Assembly (NCBI GenBank): GCA_003427395.1
Contig: BFEA01000006.1
Location: 3,267,658 to 3,331,657, forward strand
Direction of reading: 5' to 3'
Source: Chara braunii
Lineage: Eukaryota; Plantae; Charophyceae
DNA: 64,000 bases
The notes under the pieces are model-generated. The model saw nothing but the letters and a program-made list of their open reading frames with translations. It was not told where the DNA came from and made no database searches. A program made the translations under genes and the position numbers. Shown in pieces: positions 26,290-39,492 of this stretch (positions within the stretch are counted from its first letter, which is position 1; every line of letters begins with the position of its first letter).

Positions 26290-26554
26290 CGGATAGTCAG
26301 TCCGACGCTAAAAATAGTGTGGGACTGTGCTAATTTTAGCATGGGCCTGGGACAGGCCAGTCCCAAGTAGTCGAACAGTCAGTCCCATGCTAAAAATAGC
26401 ATAGGACTGTACTAATTTGAGCGCGGCACTGGGACAGGCCCAGTCCCCAGCAGTGCCGTCACTCTGAACGTGATCTCAAGTGACCGGGCGTTCATTTGGT
26501 GTTTTTTTTGTGAGCGGCCGTTCACTGTGAATGGGCAGACCATGGAAGACTGGT

Positions 26555-26587
<33 letters not shown>

Positions 26588-27375
26588 GGTTGGGGGGGGG
26601 GGGGGGGGGGTTTTCCCTTTTCTCCTGGCCCCCATCCCCCACAGTGTGATGATATTGAAAAAAAAAAAAAAAAACGAAATAACCTACAAAATAACAAACG
26701 AAAGTGCTTATTTTGGCTGTTTTTTTTTAACGTGAAATTTTTTGTTGAAAAAATTATGGGGGTTTACCCTCCGATGACCCCCACCCTCCTAAAAAAAAAA
26801 GCACCCCCCCCCAGCCAAAAAAAAAAAAAAAAACGATCCCGCTCTCTGTGAACTCCATGAACTCCCATGTCGTGAACTCCGTGAACTCCATGACCGGTTT
26901 TCGTCCACAGACCCTGTGAATGGTGAACGGGGTACGACATTGGTTCCGAGTAGTCGAACTGTCAGTCCCATGCCAAAAATAGCATGGGACTGTGCTAATT
27001 TTAGCACGGGACTGGGACAGGCCCAGTCCCGAGTACTCGAACAGTCGGTCCCATGCTAAAATAGCGTGGGACTGGGGCAGGCCGAGTCCCAATTAGTCGA
27101 ACAGTTAGTCCCACGCTAAAAATGTTGTGGGATTATGCAAATTTTAGCACGGGATTGGGCAGGCCCAATTCCAAGTAGTCGAACAGTCAGTCCCATGCTA
27201 AAATAGTGTGGGATTGTGCTAATTTTAGCACTGGATCGGGACAGGCTCAGTCCCAAGTAGTCGAACAGTCCGTCCCACGCTAAAATTAGCATGGGATTGT
27301 GCTAATTTTAACACGGGATTGGGACAGACCCGATTTTGAGAAAGGAAGAGTCGGTCCCACGTTTAAAATAGCATG
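26290..27375 (+). repeat. ~82-bp palindromic tandem array, interrupted by a MITE
   Basis: AGTAGTCGAACAGTCAGTCCCATGCTAAAATAGCATGGGACTGTGCTAATTTTAGC units with an internal hairpin. Confidence 0.88.
26451..26942. mobile_element. hAT-like MITE
   Basis: Imperfect TIRs CAGTGCCGTCAC / CAATGTCGTAC; 8-bp TSD GTCCCCAG/GTTCCGAG (6/8); cleanly interrupts the 82-bp array. Confidence 0.65.
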
Positions 27376-27727
27376 CGACCCCTTTTAATTAGGGCTCAAT
27401 TATTTATTTATGTGGCCGTTTGGGGCTGTTCCTTTTCCGACCAAGTTATGCATTCGTGTCAGTCCGGTCCCAACCGGTCAAACTCAATTATCGCATTAGC
27501 CCTTGGTCCATTTCAAGTGCTGTTTGGGTCGAGCCCCACTAATTCGTCCCTTGCGGTCGTGATAGTCCAGTCCAAAGGGAATGATCACGCCGCCGTCCTT
27601 TCTGTGGCCTCGGCCCTGGGGAATTAACCGACGCGTTAGGGCCCGGTTGACTATGACCCCGGGCAGCCATTGGCACAAATTTGACACGGCACAAAGGCTG
27701 ACCTCGTCGAGTCAACTTCCATTGACA

Positions 27728-30700
27728 ACACGTAGCTATATTAGCCGCAAAGCGCTGAAGAAGTTAAAGCTTGGCCTAAAAGTCCAAAAGCTAGAAAAAC
27801 CGACAACCGTATGATGCGAATCGAGGATTACGTCGAGGGAGGCAGATGGGAAGGTAGGGAGAGTTTTCCATTCCTTGACTCTCCTCGATGAAGATGATCT
27901 CTCGTTTGATATGGTGTTAGGAATGGATTGGGGAGAGGGAGTTGGAGCCACACTGCACTTGCAAGAACACGAGTGTTGGCTTCCTAGTCCTTCAGGTGGC
28001 GTCAAGAAGGCTCGCCTGTTCCATGTATTAGGAGTAGATAACTCCTTAGCACATTGTCGTCTCAGTGCTCCTGCGTTCGCATGATTAGCTAAGGAGCAGC
28101 AGCTGGAAAATCACGTCATTGTGGCCTATGTTAGGCCAGTTACCGAGCCTAAGAAAGAGGAAGCAACCAACCCCATTATTGCCCAGTTGCTAGAAGAGTA
28201 TGCAAATTTGTCGGAGAGTCGGAGACTCCTTCAGGAGTAGTCCCGTAGTCCCGCGTCCAATCCAGCATTGCATTGAGATAGAGCCTGGCAGTAATACCCC
28301 CAAAGGAGAAGTCTATAAAATGTTGCGTAAAGAGTTAGAGGAGTTGTGCAAGCAGTTAGACGAACTCCTTGAGAAGGGTAGGATTAGGCCTAGTTCGTGT
28401 CCATTTGGAGCACCTGTTCTATTTGTTCCCAAGAAAGAGGGAGAGTTAAGAATGTGCATTGACTACAGAGGTTTGAACGTTGTTGCAGTCATGAATGCAG
28501 AACCACTACCCCGAATAGATGATCTGCTAGATCAGGTGCAAGGCTGCAAGTGTTTTACAAAGATAAACTTAAAATTAGGGTACCATCAGATTGAAGTCCA
28601 CCCTTATGATCAGTATAAGACTGCATTCCATACTAGATATGGGCATTACGAGTTGATAGTGATGCCTTTTGGACTAACTAATGCACCAAACAATTTTCAA
28701 CGTTGTATAAACAATTTATTTAGGTCGTGGTTAGACAGGTTTGTAGTAGTTTATTTAGATGATATCCTAATTTTGAGTAAGACCCTCCAAGAGCATGAGG
28801 CTCATCTGAGGCACATCTTGGAGAAGTTGCGCGAGGCGAGGCAAACTTCAAGATCAACGAGAAGAAGTGTGAACGGGCCAAGACCGAAATCCTGTACTTT
28901 GGCCATATCTTAGATGGAGATGGCATAGAACCTGAGGACAGCAAGATCGCAAGGATTAGGGACTTCGTACGCTCACAAAAGTATAATCGTTCTTAGGATT
29001 GGCCAACTATTACAAAAAGTTCGTTAGAAACTTCTCTGCTATCGCTGCTCCCCTTCGCAGACTGCTAAATAAAAAAGCAATTTAGAAGTGGGACCAAGTA
29101 AAGAAGTCAAAGTGGGCCTTGGTAGATCATCCAGTCCTCAAGGTAGCCGAGTACGACATTGGTGTTGTGTTACAGCAAGATGATGGGAATGGGTACAGAC
29201 CCATAGAGTTCATGTCTGCTAGGTTACCTGCAGAAAAGGTAGCAGCCTCAACTTAGGAGAAAGAACTTTACGCTCTCAGGCAAGCATTAGATCACTGGAG
29301 ACACTACTTAGACCACAAGACACTCAAGTGGCTGAAAACACAAAGCAAGATGACACCTAAGCTTACTAGGCGGGATGCAGAGATAAATCATTTTGACTTT
29401 GAGCTCAAACCCATTAAAGGAAAGTACAACGTGGTAGCAAATGATCTTAGTAGAGCTGACTACTTTGGAACAATCGTTCACTATCTAGATCTAGGATCCG
29501 ACCTGCAACAAAGGGTTAAAGATGCGTACACCCAGTGACCTTCTAAAGAGAGCAAGGGAGGCGCCATATAGTGAACCTAACTATCGTACCACGAATGGGC
29601 TACTATTTGAGAAGACAGACATTGTAGACAGACTATGCATCCCCAACGATGAAGAGATCCGGAGTTTGATCTTAGGGGAATGCCACGATTCATAAGGGCA
29701 ACTTCGGCTGGCGAAAGACCTTGGCCAAACTGACCCGTGCCTTTTTTCTTCCCCTACACCTGGCCTAGCATGAAAGTTGATTGCTTAAAGTACGTCCATA
29801 GTTGCAAAGTATGCCAGCGCAACAAAACTACGACGCAAACTCCGTTGGGTCTTCTCAAACCTTTGCCTATTCCTTCTGGACTGGAGAGTTTGTGTCCATC
29901 GATTTATGAATGTCGGGGTCAGGGCCAGGCATGACAAGAGCCAAGTTATGTTCATAGTAGATTTCTTTAGCGAATATGCAGTTTTTGTTCCCTTGCCTTC
30001 TGAGGCACGCACAAAGTTAGCTATAGAAAAGTTTTTCGATTCCTGCGTAAGTGAACATGGTATTCCGTTGTCCATAGTTAGCGATAGGGATACATGGTTT
30101 ACTAGTCAGCATTGGCAGGAGCTTATGCAAGTCTGTGGCTCAAAGTTGTTGATGTCATTTGGGCGTCATCCAGAGACTAACCATCAGACTGAACAGATGA
30201 ATAAGATCCTGCAGCAGATACTCGGGATGTATATTGTACCAGATCAGATTAATTGGGATGAGATGCTTCCTAAAGTCGCTAGCGCCTACAGTAACATTGT
30301 TCATCTAGCTACTTGTCAGACTCCTAACGAACTTCACAAGTCCTTTAGACCACGGAGGCCGTTTGAAGGACTAAACCGTGACCAAATGCAAGCGCTTGCA
30401 CCCGGAACTAGAGAGAGAGTTCGCATTACAGCGTGAAAAGGAAATTGCGAGAGTGACCGACAATCTGAGGAACGCTCAACACGAAGTGATAGAACAAGCT
30501 AACAAGCATTGTCGGCCATCACAACTCCAAGTTGGTGATTTAGTCTGGGTCACGTCGAATGAGTTCGCCCCGGAAGAAAACATCTCACAAAAGTTGTTAC
30601 CCGCCTGTTCTAGAAGTGAAAGGTCGAGAGGACGGACTTTCCTTCACAGTAGAAATTTCACCACACCTCCGCACATACCTAGTCTTCCATGCATCCAAGT

Positions 30701-30975
30701 TACTACCTTGTATCACCAGTCAGCAGTTTCCGTCGTGTCAATCGATGATTCCGTCGGATATGGATGGTGCATATGATATAGACCTCATTGTGGAAGAGGA
30801 TGTGTTTAGGACAGGAGGAAGAGGTCGTCCGCAGAAACGGTGTGAGGTTAGGTTCGCTTACCAGGAACTTGAGGACGGCCGATGGTTCACAAGAACCGAA
30901 CTTTTAGAGACCGCTTTGGACATAGTCCACGCCTACGATAGGGCAAGAAAGGGTAGAGGTCCTGCCTTGCACTGA
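27728..30975 (+). pseudogene. pol: Gypsy pol: protease C-half, RT, RNase H, integrase, chromodomain
   Basis: LRMCIDYRGLN, MPFGLTNAP, YLDD; RH ..EKELYA; CKVCQRNK; IVSDRD, HPETNHQTEQMN; VFHASKL; chromo-like YDIDLIVEE..VRF..RW..ELLETA.DIV..Y; many frameshifts. Confidence 0.93.
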
Positions 30976-31013
30976 AGTATTCCCGAAGGACCTCGAATTT
31001 AGGCCGGCGGGAG

Positions 31014-31948
31014 TGAAACAATTTTCACCTACAGTGGTGACAGATGCAGAACCCAGGACTTGATCCCTAGACCTGCCCCTCACCCGTGTATAGTACCGTT
31101 GACCTTGTGTGTTTGAACCCGCGACCTGATCCCTGAAAGTCGTATGGTCGACTGTTGTATATAGTGTGGTCGCAGGGGTTTCACCCGTAGACTTTAGTTT
31201 TAGTTGTCGTAGGGTTAGCGCAGGTTGTAGCTGCTGTAGTTTCGAAAGGTCAAGTCTAGAGCCTTCTAGACTAGTCTCACTGGCTCTTTGTGGGTCTTAG
31301 GAGTCAGTCCGCGGCTGAGTCAACGAGGGACAGTCCTAGCACAGTCAGCAAAGGGCAGTCCCAGTCCTACCTAGTCCAGTCAGTGGTAAACCCAGTCCCA
31401 GGGTGCACTTTCTCTACTCAGCAAGTACCGTGTGGGACTGCGTACATCCCGGACCCAGGGTGTAAGGGCAGACCAACGACGATCTGAAGTATACATAAAG
31501 AGGCAGAGTCAAGTCACTCATTCATTCTGCCTATGGGCCGTGCGGAAGCGCTGTCGGAGTGTCTGGTGGTCTGCAGGTGCCCGAGGAAGAAGAGGGCTAA
31601 GAGGAGGAAGACGCGGCCATAGCCGCAAGCTAGCATAGGAGGGAGACGGCAGCCATAGCTGCCATGTAGGATAGGGTAGGGAGTGTGTGTGTGCAGAGTG
31701 TGTGAGTGTGTGGGACATTCAGGGTGATCCTAGTGTGTGTGTGTGTGCGAATAAGTTGCTGGTGGATACTGTTGATCGGGTGGGAATCATCGTCTGGCGC
31801 TTTGCGCCATAGCCAATCAAGACAAGTTTGAATCCGAGCTGTGTTCTGGCCACACTTTATCTCTGAGCTTGTGTGGGCGCCGAGCACCAAGTTTGTTCGT
31901 CATCTGTTTGCATGCACGCTGAAGCGAGTTGAGACAAGTCTGATTGCA
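31014..31948 (+). repeat. 3' LTR
   Basis: Starts TGAAAC after the PPT, ends TGATTGCA followed by TSD GATC. Confidence 0.9.
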
Positions 31949-32403
31949 GATCTATTTGGGACATCATGGCACACTCATATCTTGTCTTGCACCTTTCCGT
32001 ATTCCCTCGTCTTGTTGGCTGCGCTACGCTCGGGGAGCACAATCATCATGATCCGTCAGGTCTCACCTGCCAAGGAAGTTCACTTCATTGTTGGTTTTCT
32101 CTGGCTTTGTCATGTGCATGAGGATAGGGATTCTTGGCTTTTGCAGACTAAGCTCAGGCACAAGAATTGTGTTCTTCGAAAGAAAAAGGAGGGTTTTACG
32201 ATTTTCCCAATTTTCACTTAAAAAAAAAAAAAAACTAGGAATAGGGACAGCAAGGCAGCATTGGATCCTGCCTGAGCTCTGTGTATCTCCATGTCATTGT
32301 TGAAAATTGTGCTGAAAGGGGGCTTGGTTTATGTTGGGGACCCGCTATTGGTATGTATGTGGCCATACCAGTCGTGGCGTTGTTGTTGGTGATAGAGTGA
32401 CAT

Positions 32404-33115
32404 TGGGTTTCCTACCTTTTCAGGGTGGTAGGTGATGGAGAGGTGGAGGATGTTGATGGTAGTTGACAAATGGAGGATATTGAGGGTAGGTGAGGGAGAG
32501 ATGGGGAGGATATGGAGGGGAGCTGGATGAGGTTTACGAAATGGGTGAAGGATGGAGGATGGAGGGGAATGCAATGCTGATCTGTATTGTGGATGAGGCT
32601 CAGCCGAAGAATTTCAGAGTAAATCGAACCCTCTGTGTTGCCTGCTGGCCCTCTGCCCCAAACCCCACCACCCCCTTTTCCCTGCACACTTCTTTCCTCG
32701 ACCGTCATCCCCAGTTTTCTGGCATTCTCCAGGCCATCCCATCTCTGGGTTTCCTACCTTTTCAGGGTGGTAGGTGATGGAGAGGTGGAGGATGTGGGGG
32801 CCAGGAGAGGTGGAGGATGTTGATGGTAGTTGACAAATGGAGGATATTGAGGGTGGGTGAGGGAGAGATGGGGAGGATATGAAGGGGACCTGGAGGAGGT
32901 TTACGAAATGGATGAAGGATGGAGGATGGAGGGGAATGCAATGGTGATCCGTATTGTGGACGAGGCTCAGCAGAAGAATTTCAGAGTAAATCGAACCCTC
33001 TCTGGTGCCTGCTGGTCCTGTGCCCCAAACCCCACCACCCCCTTTTTCCCTGCACACTTCTTTCCTCAACCGTCATCCCCAGTTTTCTGGCATTCTCCAG
33101 GTCATCCCATCTCTG
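32404..33115 (+). repeat. ~340-370-bp tandem duplication
   Basis: TGGGTTTCCTACCTTTTCAGGGTGGTAGGTGATGGAGAGG...CATCCCATCTCTG occurs twice. Confidence 0.9.
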
Positions 33116-33667
33116 CCTCTATTCCCTCCCTTGTCATGATTCCAATGTCCGACGACTCCCGCCGACTGTTTATGCGATAGGGTTGCAGCCAGCCAATGGC
33201 TTCCACTCACCCTTCGCGATTTTCAATACAAAAAAGATGGAAGGGTATGAGTTCGCTCGTCTTGTGTTGAAAGTGGACCTCGAGAATCAAAAGGTATACC
33301 AAATGAAATAAAAAAAACTGTAAAGCTTCTGTATCTATCTGTATGATAACTAGTTATTATGGAGATGGGATGCTAAGATGTTGCAAGAGGAGAGGAGAAG
33401 AATTGGGACAGCGGAAATTACCACTCCATGCCATAAACAGAAATGTCGTCGGAAGGTAATCCCCCATCATTCAGGACTGTCCCAAGTGTCTGAGTATCTC
33501 TTCGGCAACCTGTCTTTGCACCCTCCAGCCGTTTCACAGATCTATTTTAGACCACCATCCCATTTTTGCAAAGTTCCTGCACCAGCACATTTTCTCAAGT
33601 TTGAAGCATTGAATGAAAAAGCTGTGTCCCTAAGGGTAGCAGCAGGGAGCGGAAATATGCATTCAGC

Positions 33668-33722
<55 letters not shown>

Positions 33723-33725
<3 letters not shown>

Positions 33726-34248
33726 CCTAATTTTTGGCCCTACTTTAGAGCATGGGCTGTTTGGATGTTTACGGGTGGCCACAAGTTATCTTTGGGGGGA
33801 ATGTATGTTTTGTGGGCTGGCGTGGAAGGCTTTCCCAGTTTTCTCGGACCCTTAGCAGGGGGGGGTCGGTGCATTCTTGCTGGATGACTCTTCTCTTATC
33901 TTCTTCCACCTCTTTGGCCGTGAAGCGAGTGTGTAGTTTGAGATGAATGTCGGGAATGCCAATGCTGTTATATTTGTTTGTTTTGGCCCGATGCGGAAGA
34001 CTCTCCAAGTTTTATCGGACCTTTGAGGGGGTCGGGTTGGTGCCTTCTTGCTGGAGTAGTCTTCCGTCTTAGGTAAGTTGCCTTCTGCCCTCCATCCCCT
34101 TATGGTGGGCACTTGGCCCTGAACCACGCAAATGTGGCCAACCTTGCATTTTCTTAATTATTGCCTATCTAAACTTTTTCGTTATGGACGGCTTGTGATG
34201 ATTTGTGAAGGGAACGAGAGAGAGAATCTGGGGTCTTTTAAAACAACA

Positions 34249-34280
<32 letters not shown>

Positions 34281-34920
34281 GAGTCTTCTGTCTTAGGTAA
34301 GTTCTCTTATCGTCTTCCTCATCTTTGGCAGTAACACGAGTGTGTAGTTTGAGATGAATGTCGGGAATGCTAATGCTGTTATATTTGTTTGTTTTCGGTA
34401 AATAAGTTTTTGGTTTTGTGGGCCGATGAGGAAGGCTCTCCATGTTTTTTCGGACCTCTGAGGGGGTCAGGTCGGTGCCTTCTTGCCGGAGTAAGTTTTC
34501 TGTCATAGGTGAGTTGCCTTCTGCCCTCCATCCCCTTATGGTTTGAAATATATATGTATGTATATGTGAGTGTGCCTCTTTGGCGGCAGACGGGTGTGTG
34601 GGAACTTGGCGCTGAGCCATACAAATGTGGCCAACCTTGCATTTTCTATTACATTGCTTATCTATACTTTTTCTTTATGGATGGCTTGTGATGATTTGTG
34701 AAGGGAATGACAGAGAGTATCTGGGGTCTTTTAAAACAACACATATTTCGGTCTTGCTAGCTCTTTGTCTTGGCAGGTTTGGGCGGCTAGGATCGGGCTT
34801 GTGCTATACACGACTTAGTTATTTTCCCTGCTTTAGAGCATGGGCTGTTTGGATGTTTACTGGTGGCCATGAGTTCTCTTTGGGGGGAATGTATGTTTTG
34901 TGGACCGACATGGAAGGCTT
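33723..34920 (+). mobile_element. Tandem copies of a non-coding repeat ending in AAAACAAC(AC)n; the third copy continues at 41067-41748
   Basis: Units share GATGGCTTGTGATGATTTGTGA..GAGAGAATCTG..TTTTAAAACAAC followed by (CA)n; variable 5' ends. Confidence 0.7.
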
Positions 34921-35475
34921 TACAACAAAAATGAAAGGCGACTTTGGACTTTACTTCTCACAGCAAAAAGTACACCTTTCGACACCGGGAAACATACCGG
35001 TGCTCGAACCTTCTGTCCTTGCTGTTCAGCTCGAGAGGAGAGTAACTCCAAATTTCATTCCAATATACTACTCAGCATGACTAGTAACTCTATGATTTAC
35101 CGTTCGTATTCACCCGCGTAGGCGGCGCCGTCGCAGGCCAGGTACCAACGCCGAATCTCACTACGAAAAGATCCAGCTCCAGCTCACAAAATCGAAAAAA
35201 AAAAATTCCGTTGTACTCAATCGCGTGGGGCATTACTGTCGCCGTCAAAACTGCGAAAAAGAAAACGGAAATCAAAACCTGGAAAGTACCAGGGGAGGCT
35301 AGTAAAGGGGGGGGGGCCTTTACTGGTACCCCGAAATTAACCCAAGTACGTGGTTCTCAAGGCTCAGATGCTGTTGCAAGTATTCTGGGAAGTACCGGTT
35401 TTCCCAGTCCAAGTCTTCCGTGGTAGGCTCTGTGCTCGTGCTGATAGCCATGTTCGCCCACCTCCCTTCCCATTC

Positions 35476-37450
35476 TCTCAGCGCCCGTCCTCCTCCCAGT
35501 TTAATAAGTGCACGACCATTTCTGCCCAATACAGGGTACCTTCTCTTCTTGCCGCCTTCTTGACCGCTGCATCAAAGGCTTCCATTGGGTAGCCAATAAT
35601 CCTTAATTCCTTTCTCAAAGTCAAGAGTCCCCACCTGGTCGACAGATGGTGTTGTACACTGCTGCAAATTTTTGTACCCTGGGCGCATTTGACTCAAAAG
35701 TTCCTCAACGTTTTGAATCTCTCAGTTTCCCCCGTCCATATCGTATTCAGATTCTTGAATTTGTGCAAATGTGTAGATCCAAGCTGGTTTGTCTGTTACA
35801 ATCAGTCGTGTTTCCAAATACTCCAGTATCCCATTATCGTCGTTTGTTCTTTCAAGTACCAGGCCTGTGGGATAGCATTGAACAATCCTGTCAAGTAAGT
35901 TCTCCAGATCTTCCCCCCCTTTGCGTTTCCTTGTGTCATACCGACCGATCAATAACAAATCATCAATAAATCTTCCTCCATCAATGTACTTCCCGTCACA
36001 TCCAAGGGACGTGATGAACTGGTGTTAAGAAAACATACATAGTATGTTGGCCAAAGCTGGGCTTGCTCTCTCTCCCATCGAGATACCAACTTTCTGTTGC
36101 ATTAGTTGTGCAATTCAATAAAAAAAGGTATTATTGAGCGGGAATTCGGTTAGACAATTGGATCAAACATCAGGAAGGATTTCCAACCAGATTCGCCATG
36201 TGATTTGCCAAAAGTGTTTTTTTTTTCTTTTGTCTTCAGTCGGATCCTGTAGTGTCCTTGGTCTCGAAAATGTTGCACAATCCATCTTACTGCCTTGATA
36301 ATCTCACAGTGAGGCAGTTTAGTGAACATTTCCTTTACGTCGTACGTTATTGCAACTATTCTCAAATCGTCACTGCTCAAATTGTTAGTTTGCTCATTGA
36401 TCTTGTCAATCTTTCTTTTCAGGCTTCTCGCCCCATCAATGTTAAAGTGCTTCAACCTGAGTCTTTTAATCATAAAGTTCAGACTCTGCGAAAGATATCC
36501 CATAGCACTTTTGATGGGGCTGAGAAATGAGGGCACGATTGGTCTCTTTTTTCTCAGATCCTTGTCCTTTGATAGGATATAGGCCTGTTGTAACATTCCT
36601 TTCTGGTCCCAATTGGCGATCCTCGTCAGTTTGTTATGGTGATAGCTCTTCTTCATTGTTATCAGAATATCAACCCTTGTTTCGTCAACCTTTTTGTATC
36701 CCTCATTATCATTGTACATCATTTCCATCGCTCTTTCGTAAAGCACAGAACATTCCACTAGTGTTGCTCCCGGGTTTCTGTCAAGTGGAGAAAGCACAAG
36801 CCAGTGAAAGCTTGCTTCACTCCCGGGACATATTCTGTGTCAAATCCCCCCGCATTCTTTGTCCTTGTGCCATAGTTTTTGCCATTTATCTGAAAGGTTT
36901 CGTTCTCATTCATACATCGCATCTCCTTCAGAGGTTTCAAAGCCAAGTTACAAGCCACATTCACTTCTTTCCCGGTGAGTTGTCCTCCAGGAAATGAAAC
37001 ATTTTTTGCATCGCACACAAAATCTCTGATCCCCTCGATTTCTTCAATTCTAACTTGGACGTGCCCGTCGCAGCGTGGCAGGTGAAAGGCTTTGCAAGTG
37101 CAGGACCATCCACTTCCTCTTGCAAAGCGCTGGTGGTTATGTAGGATATCTCCGACAGACTTCCGTTTCTGCCAGATTGTTCTCATCCTACCAACCAACA
37201 AGTTAGGCAAGCTAGTCGGCACAATCTTTTCCTGCAGCCATTTCTTCAAATTACTGTGCACCTTCCCTTTGCTAATTGTTTCACAAAACGGTAATTTCAC
37301 AGTGATCCTATGTCTAGGGTTGATACCAAAACGATTCTTAGTCACTCTAGTGACAACTCCTTTAACAATTTGCCTTCCCCTTACTGTGTTAAGTAGTTTG
37401 ATGCCGGCATCCAGGTCAATAAGTTCGTCCAAATTTTTAGTATACAAAGA
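35476..37450 (-). pseudogene. PLE reverse transcriptase with upstream CxC motif
   Basis: SCTC..DGH; LSPLDRN; KKRPIV; YDVKEMFTKLPH; QKVGISMGERASPALAN; GRFIDD (35959-35973); C-terminal KELRIIGYP; frameshifted. Confidence 0.85.
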
Positions 37451-37552
37451 TTTTTTTTTTCAGGGGGCTCTCAGAAGGGTAATTACTTCAGCTTTCGCCA
37501 TTTTGGCGCGGTTCTTTGTTTTCTTTAAATTTACAATCTTCCATGCCCCACC

Positions 37553-38446
37553 TTATTGGATAAATGGCTTCGCGTCTCTTAGCAGAAATTTCCTTCCAAC
37601 TATTTTGACAATACTGCACTCAAAAAGCAGTTTTCCTAAACCCCATGCTTTCAACCAGTGTGTTCCTTTGTTATTTACAATAGTTAAATCTTTTGCATTG
37701 GTTGTTTTCTTGAGAATCTTCAGAAGACTCGGCTCTCCTTCTATTCCCAGGGTGTCACAATCAAACATAATGACATCCTTCAGGGTACACTGTACCCCTT
37801 TTCCTCTTCCCTGCTTTCTGGGTTTCCTTCTTGTAGGCTTCTTTCCTTTCTTCGCATTCAAACCAGGGTTATTAGCATCGATGATGAAAGATTTCATGCT
37901 TGATAAAGCGTGTTTACTGCCAAACCACACAAGAAGAGCAACGTAGTTAGCTAGACCGACCTTTTGCAGCCATCTGTGCAGTTTTTGCTTAGGTGTGGTC
38001 TTTACTGTATGCATATGTTTGTTGTCTGATGCTTGCGTTTCTTCTTCAACTTCTTTGGGCTCCGCCTCCTTCTTGTCTTCGGTCGTCTCCATCTTCCTTA
38101 GTACTTCAAAATCCAGGCGCGAGAGTTCCCACACTCCTCCTTCCTTCCTCTTGTAGGTCACCCCCCGCTTTTTGCATATTTCCTGCACTTCGGTGTAGTG
38201 CATAGCATCATAGTAGATGACCCCATCCTTAAAGTTTAGCCCAAGTGTACATTCATCCTTCCTTCCGTTTTTCCCATCATCAGCTTCGCCTTCTTCCTCT
38301 TCCTCCGCCTCAATCTTCTCTTCTAAGGGAGCATTCGGATGCCTGCTCATCTTGTCTTTTGTTTGCTTAGTACCACCGTTACTATGATGATCTAAGTAAA
38401 CAATCAGTGGCATATCGACAAATGTCATTATTGTTACGTCGACCAC
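37553..38446 (-). pseudogene. PLE N-terminal region: SAP-like helix plus partial GIY-YIG endonuclease
   Basis: YDAMHYTEVQEICKKRGV (SAP-like); KH..KLHRWLQKVG..YV..NNPGLN resembles the C-half of a GIY-YIG domain; the GIY/YIG half is missing. Confidence 0.5.
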
Positions 38447-38496
38447 CAGGTCGAGAAGCTTTCCCAGGAGATGCGTTTTATCTACATTCTCGTTTA

Positions 38497-39492
38497 TTAG
38501 AAAGAGTTGTTGCTGGCATCCCTTCCTTTCGTTGCCAGGATTTCTAGGAGTAGGTCCTTCAGTTGCGCCACCTCCTTCAAGTTGCTCGTTGAATCTTCCA
38601 ATTTCCCTTCGAGGTTCTGCACTACTGCATCCCTTTTTTTCGCGCTGTCGTGGGATGAGACTTCCACGGGCTTCCTTCCTCTATTGCCTCTCTTCAGGTG
38701 ATTAGACCTTGATCTTGTCTTGCTTGCCCGTGGGCGAATCGGTGAAGCCCGCTCCCTTTTCCACTTTTCACTACTAGAGTTCTCCCGCAACTCTCTCAGT
38801 TGCTTCTCCATCCTTAGTAATTTCAGTTCTTCTAGTTCCCCTTCCTTTAGCTTAGATTTATTTTCCACATCATCTAGCTTCTCAGTCAAGATCCGTAGGG
38901 AGTTACTGACATTCTCGGCTACCCACTTTTTCCTGCTATCCTCTTTCCCACCCTCGGTCGCCTTCGCCTTTCCCTTATCCCGTGCACTCGATTTCTTCCC
39001 TTGCTCTTTCACCTCACTCTTCCCTTTATCTTTTTTTTTTTCACCTTCTCCTTGTATCTTCCTCAACCTTGTTATTTCGTCTAGATCCTTCTTCCTTGCT
39101 TCCTCTACTGCCTCCTTTAATTTCAACTTATCCAGAAAGTTGGCTTGCTCTTTTGTGAAGAAAGCGCATTGCTGGTAGTTACCAGCATTTCCTCGCCCAT
39201 ATCCTTGATTGAACTGCCCCGGATTCCCTGCAGGAACTCCCGCTTTTCCGTTCCGCTGTTGTGGAGGCGGTGTCGTACCGTATGCGTGCTGGGCAGGAGG
39301 GAAACCGAATGGGAGTGCGGCTGGATATGGTTGCTGGTAGAAACCGTTTGGAGCTTGGAATGGAGCGGCTGGCGCTTGGTATGCAGTTCCTGGTATCACG
39401 CCAGGTGGATGCGGAGGAGGAGCGTTCTCCATCCAGTATCTCCCACAATTCGACCAGCGCCCTCTGCCTCTACCTCGGCCTTGAGCCCGCAT
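38497..39492 (-). CDS. PLE 5' ORF: RG-rich, Pro/Gln-rich and coiled-coil, Gag/ORF1-like
   Basis: 331-aa open frame on the same strand as the RT, inside the pLTRs. Confidence 0.5.
   Translation of the reverse strand: MRAQGRGRGRGRWSNCGRYWMENAPPPHPPGVIPGTAYQAPAAPFQAPNGFYQQPYPAALPFGFPPAQHAYGTTPPPQQRNGKAGVPAGNPGQFNQGYGRGNAGNYQQCAFFTKEQANFLDKLKLKEAVEEARKKDLDEITRLRKIQGEGEKKKDKGKSEVKEQGKKSSARDKGKAKATEGGKEDSRKKWVAENVSNSLRILTEKLDDVENKSKLKEGELEELKLLRMEKQLRELRENSSSEKWKRERASPIRPRASKTRSRSNHLKRGNRGRKPVEVSSHDSAKKRDAVVQNLEGKLEDSTSNLKEVAQLKDLLLEILATKGRDASNNSF

Larger units (their letters stand above)
20070..27727 (-). mobile_element. 7.66-kb solo-LTR-like insertion nested in the Gypsy protease
   Basis: TGTC...GACA termini; 4-bp TSD ACAT/ACAC; minus-strand CTATATAAGAGAGG TATA-like motif at 26218-26231; minus-strand end GGGGGCACGACA; no gag/pol and no second LTR copy. 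Confidence 0.75.
14575..31948 (+). mobile_element. Ty3/Gypsy LTR retrotransposon with chromodomain (chromovirus-like), decayed, carrying nested insertions
   Basis: LTRs 14575-15941 and 31014-31948 (TG...CA); 4-bp TSD GATC on both sides; PBS TGGTATTGGAGC; PPT-like AGGCCGGCGGGAG; domain order gag-PR-RT-RH-IN-chromo. Confidence 0.92.
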
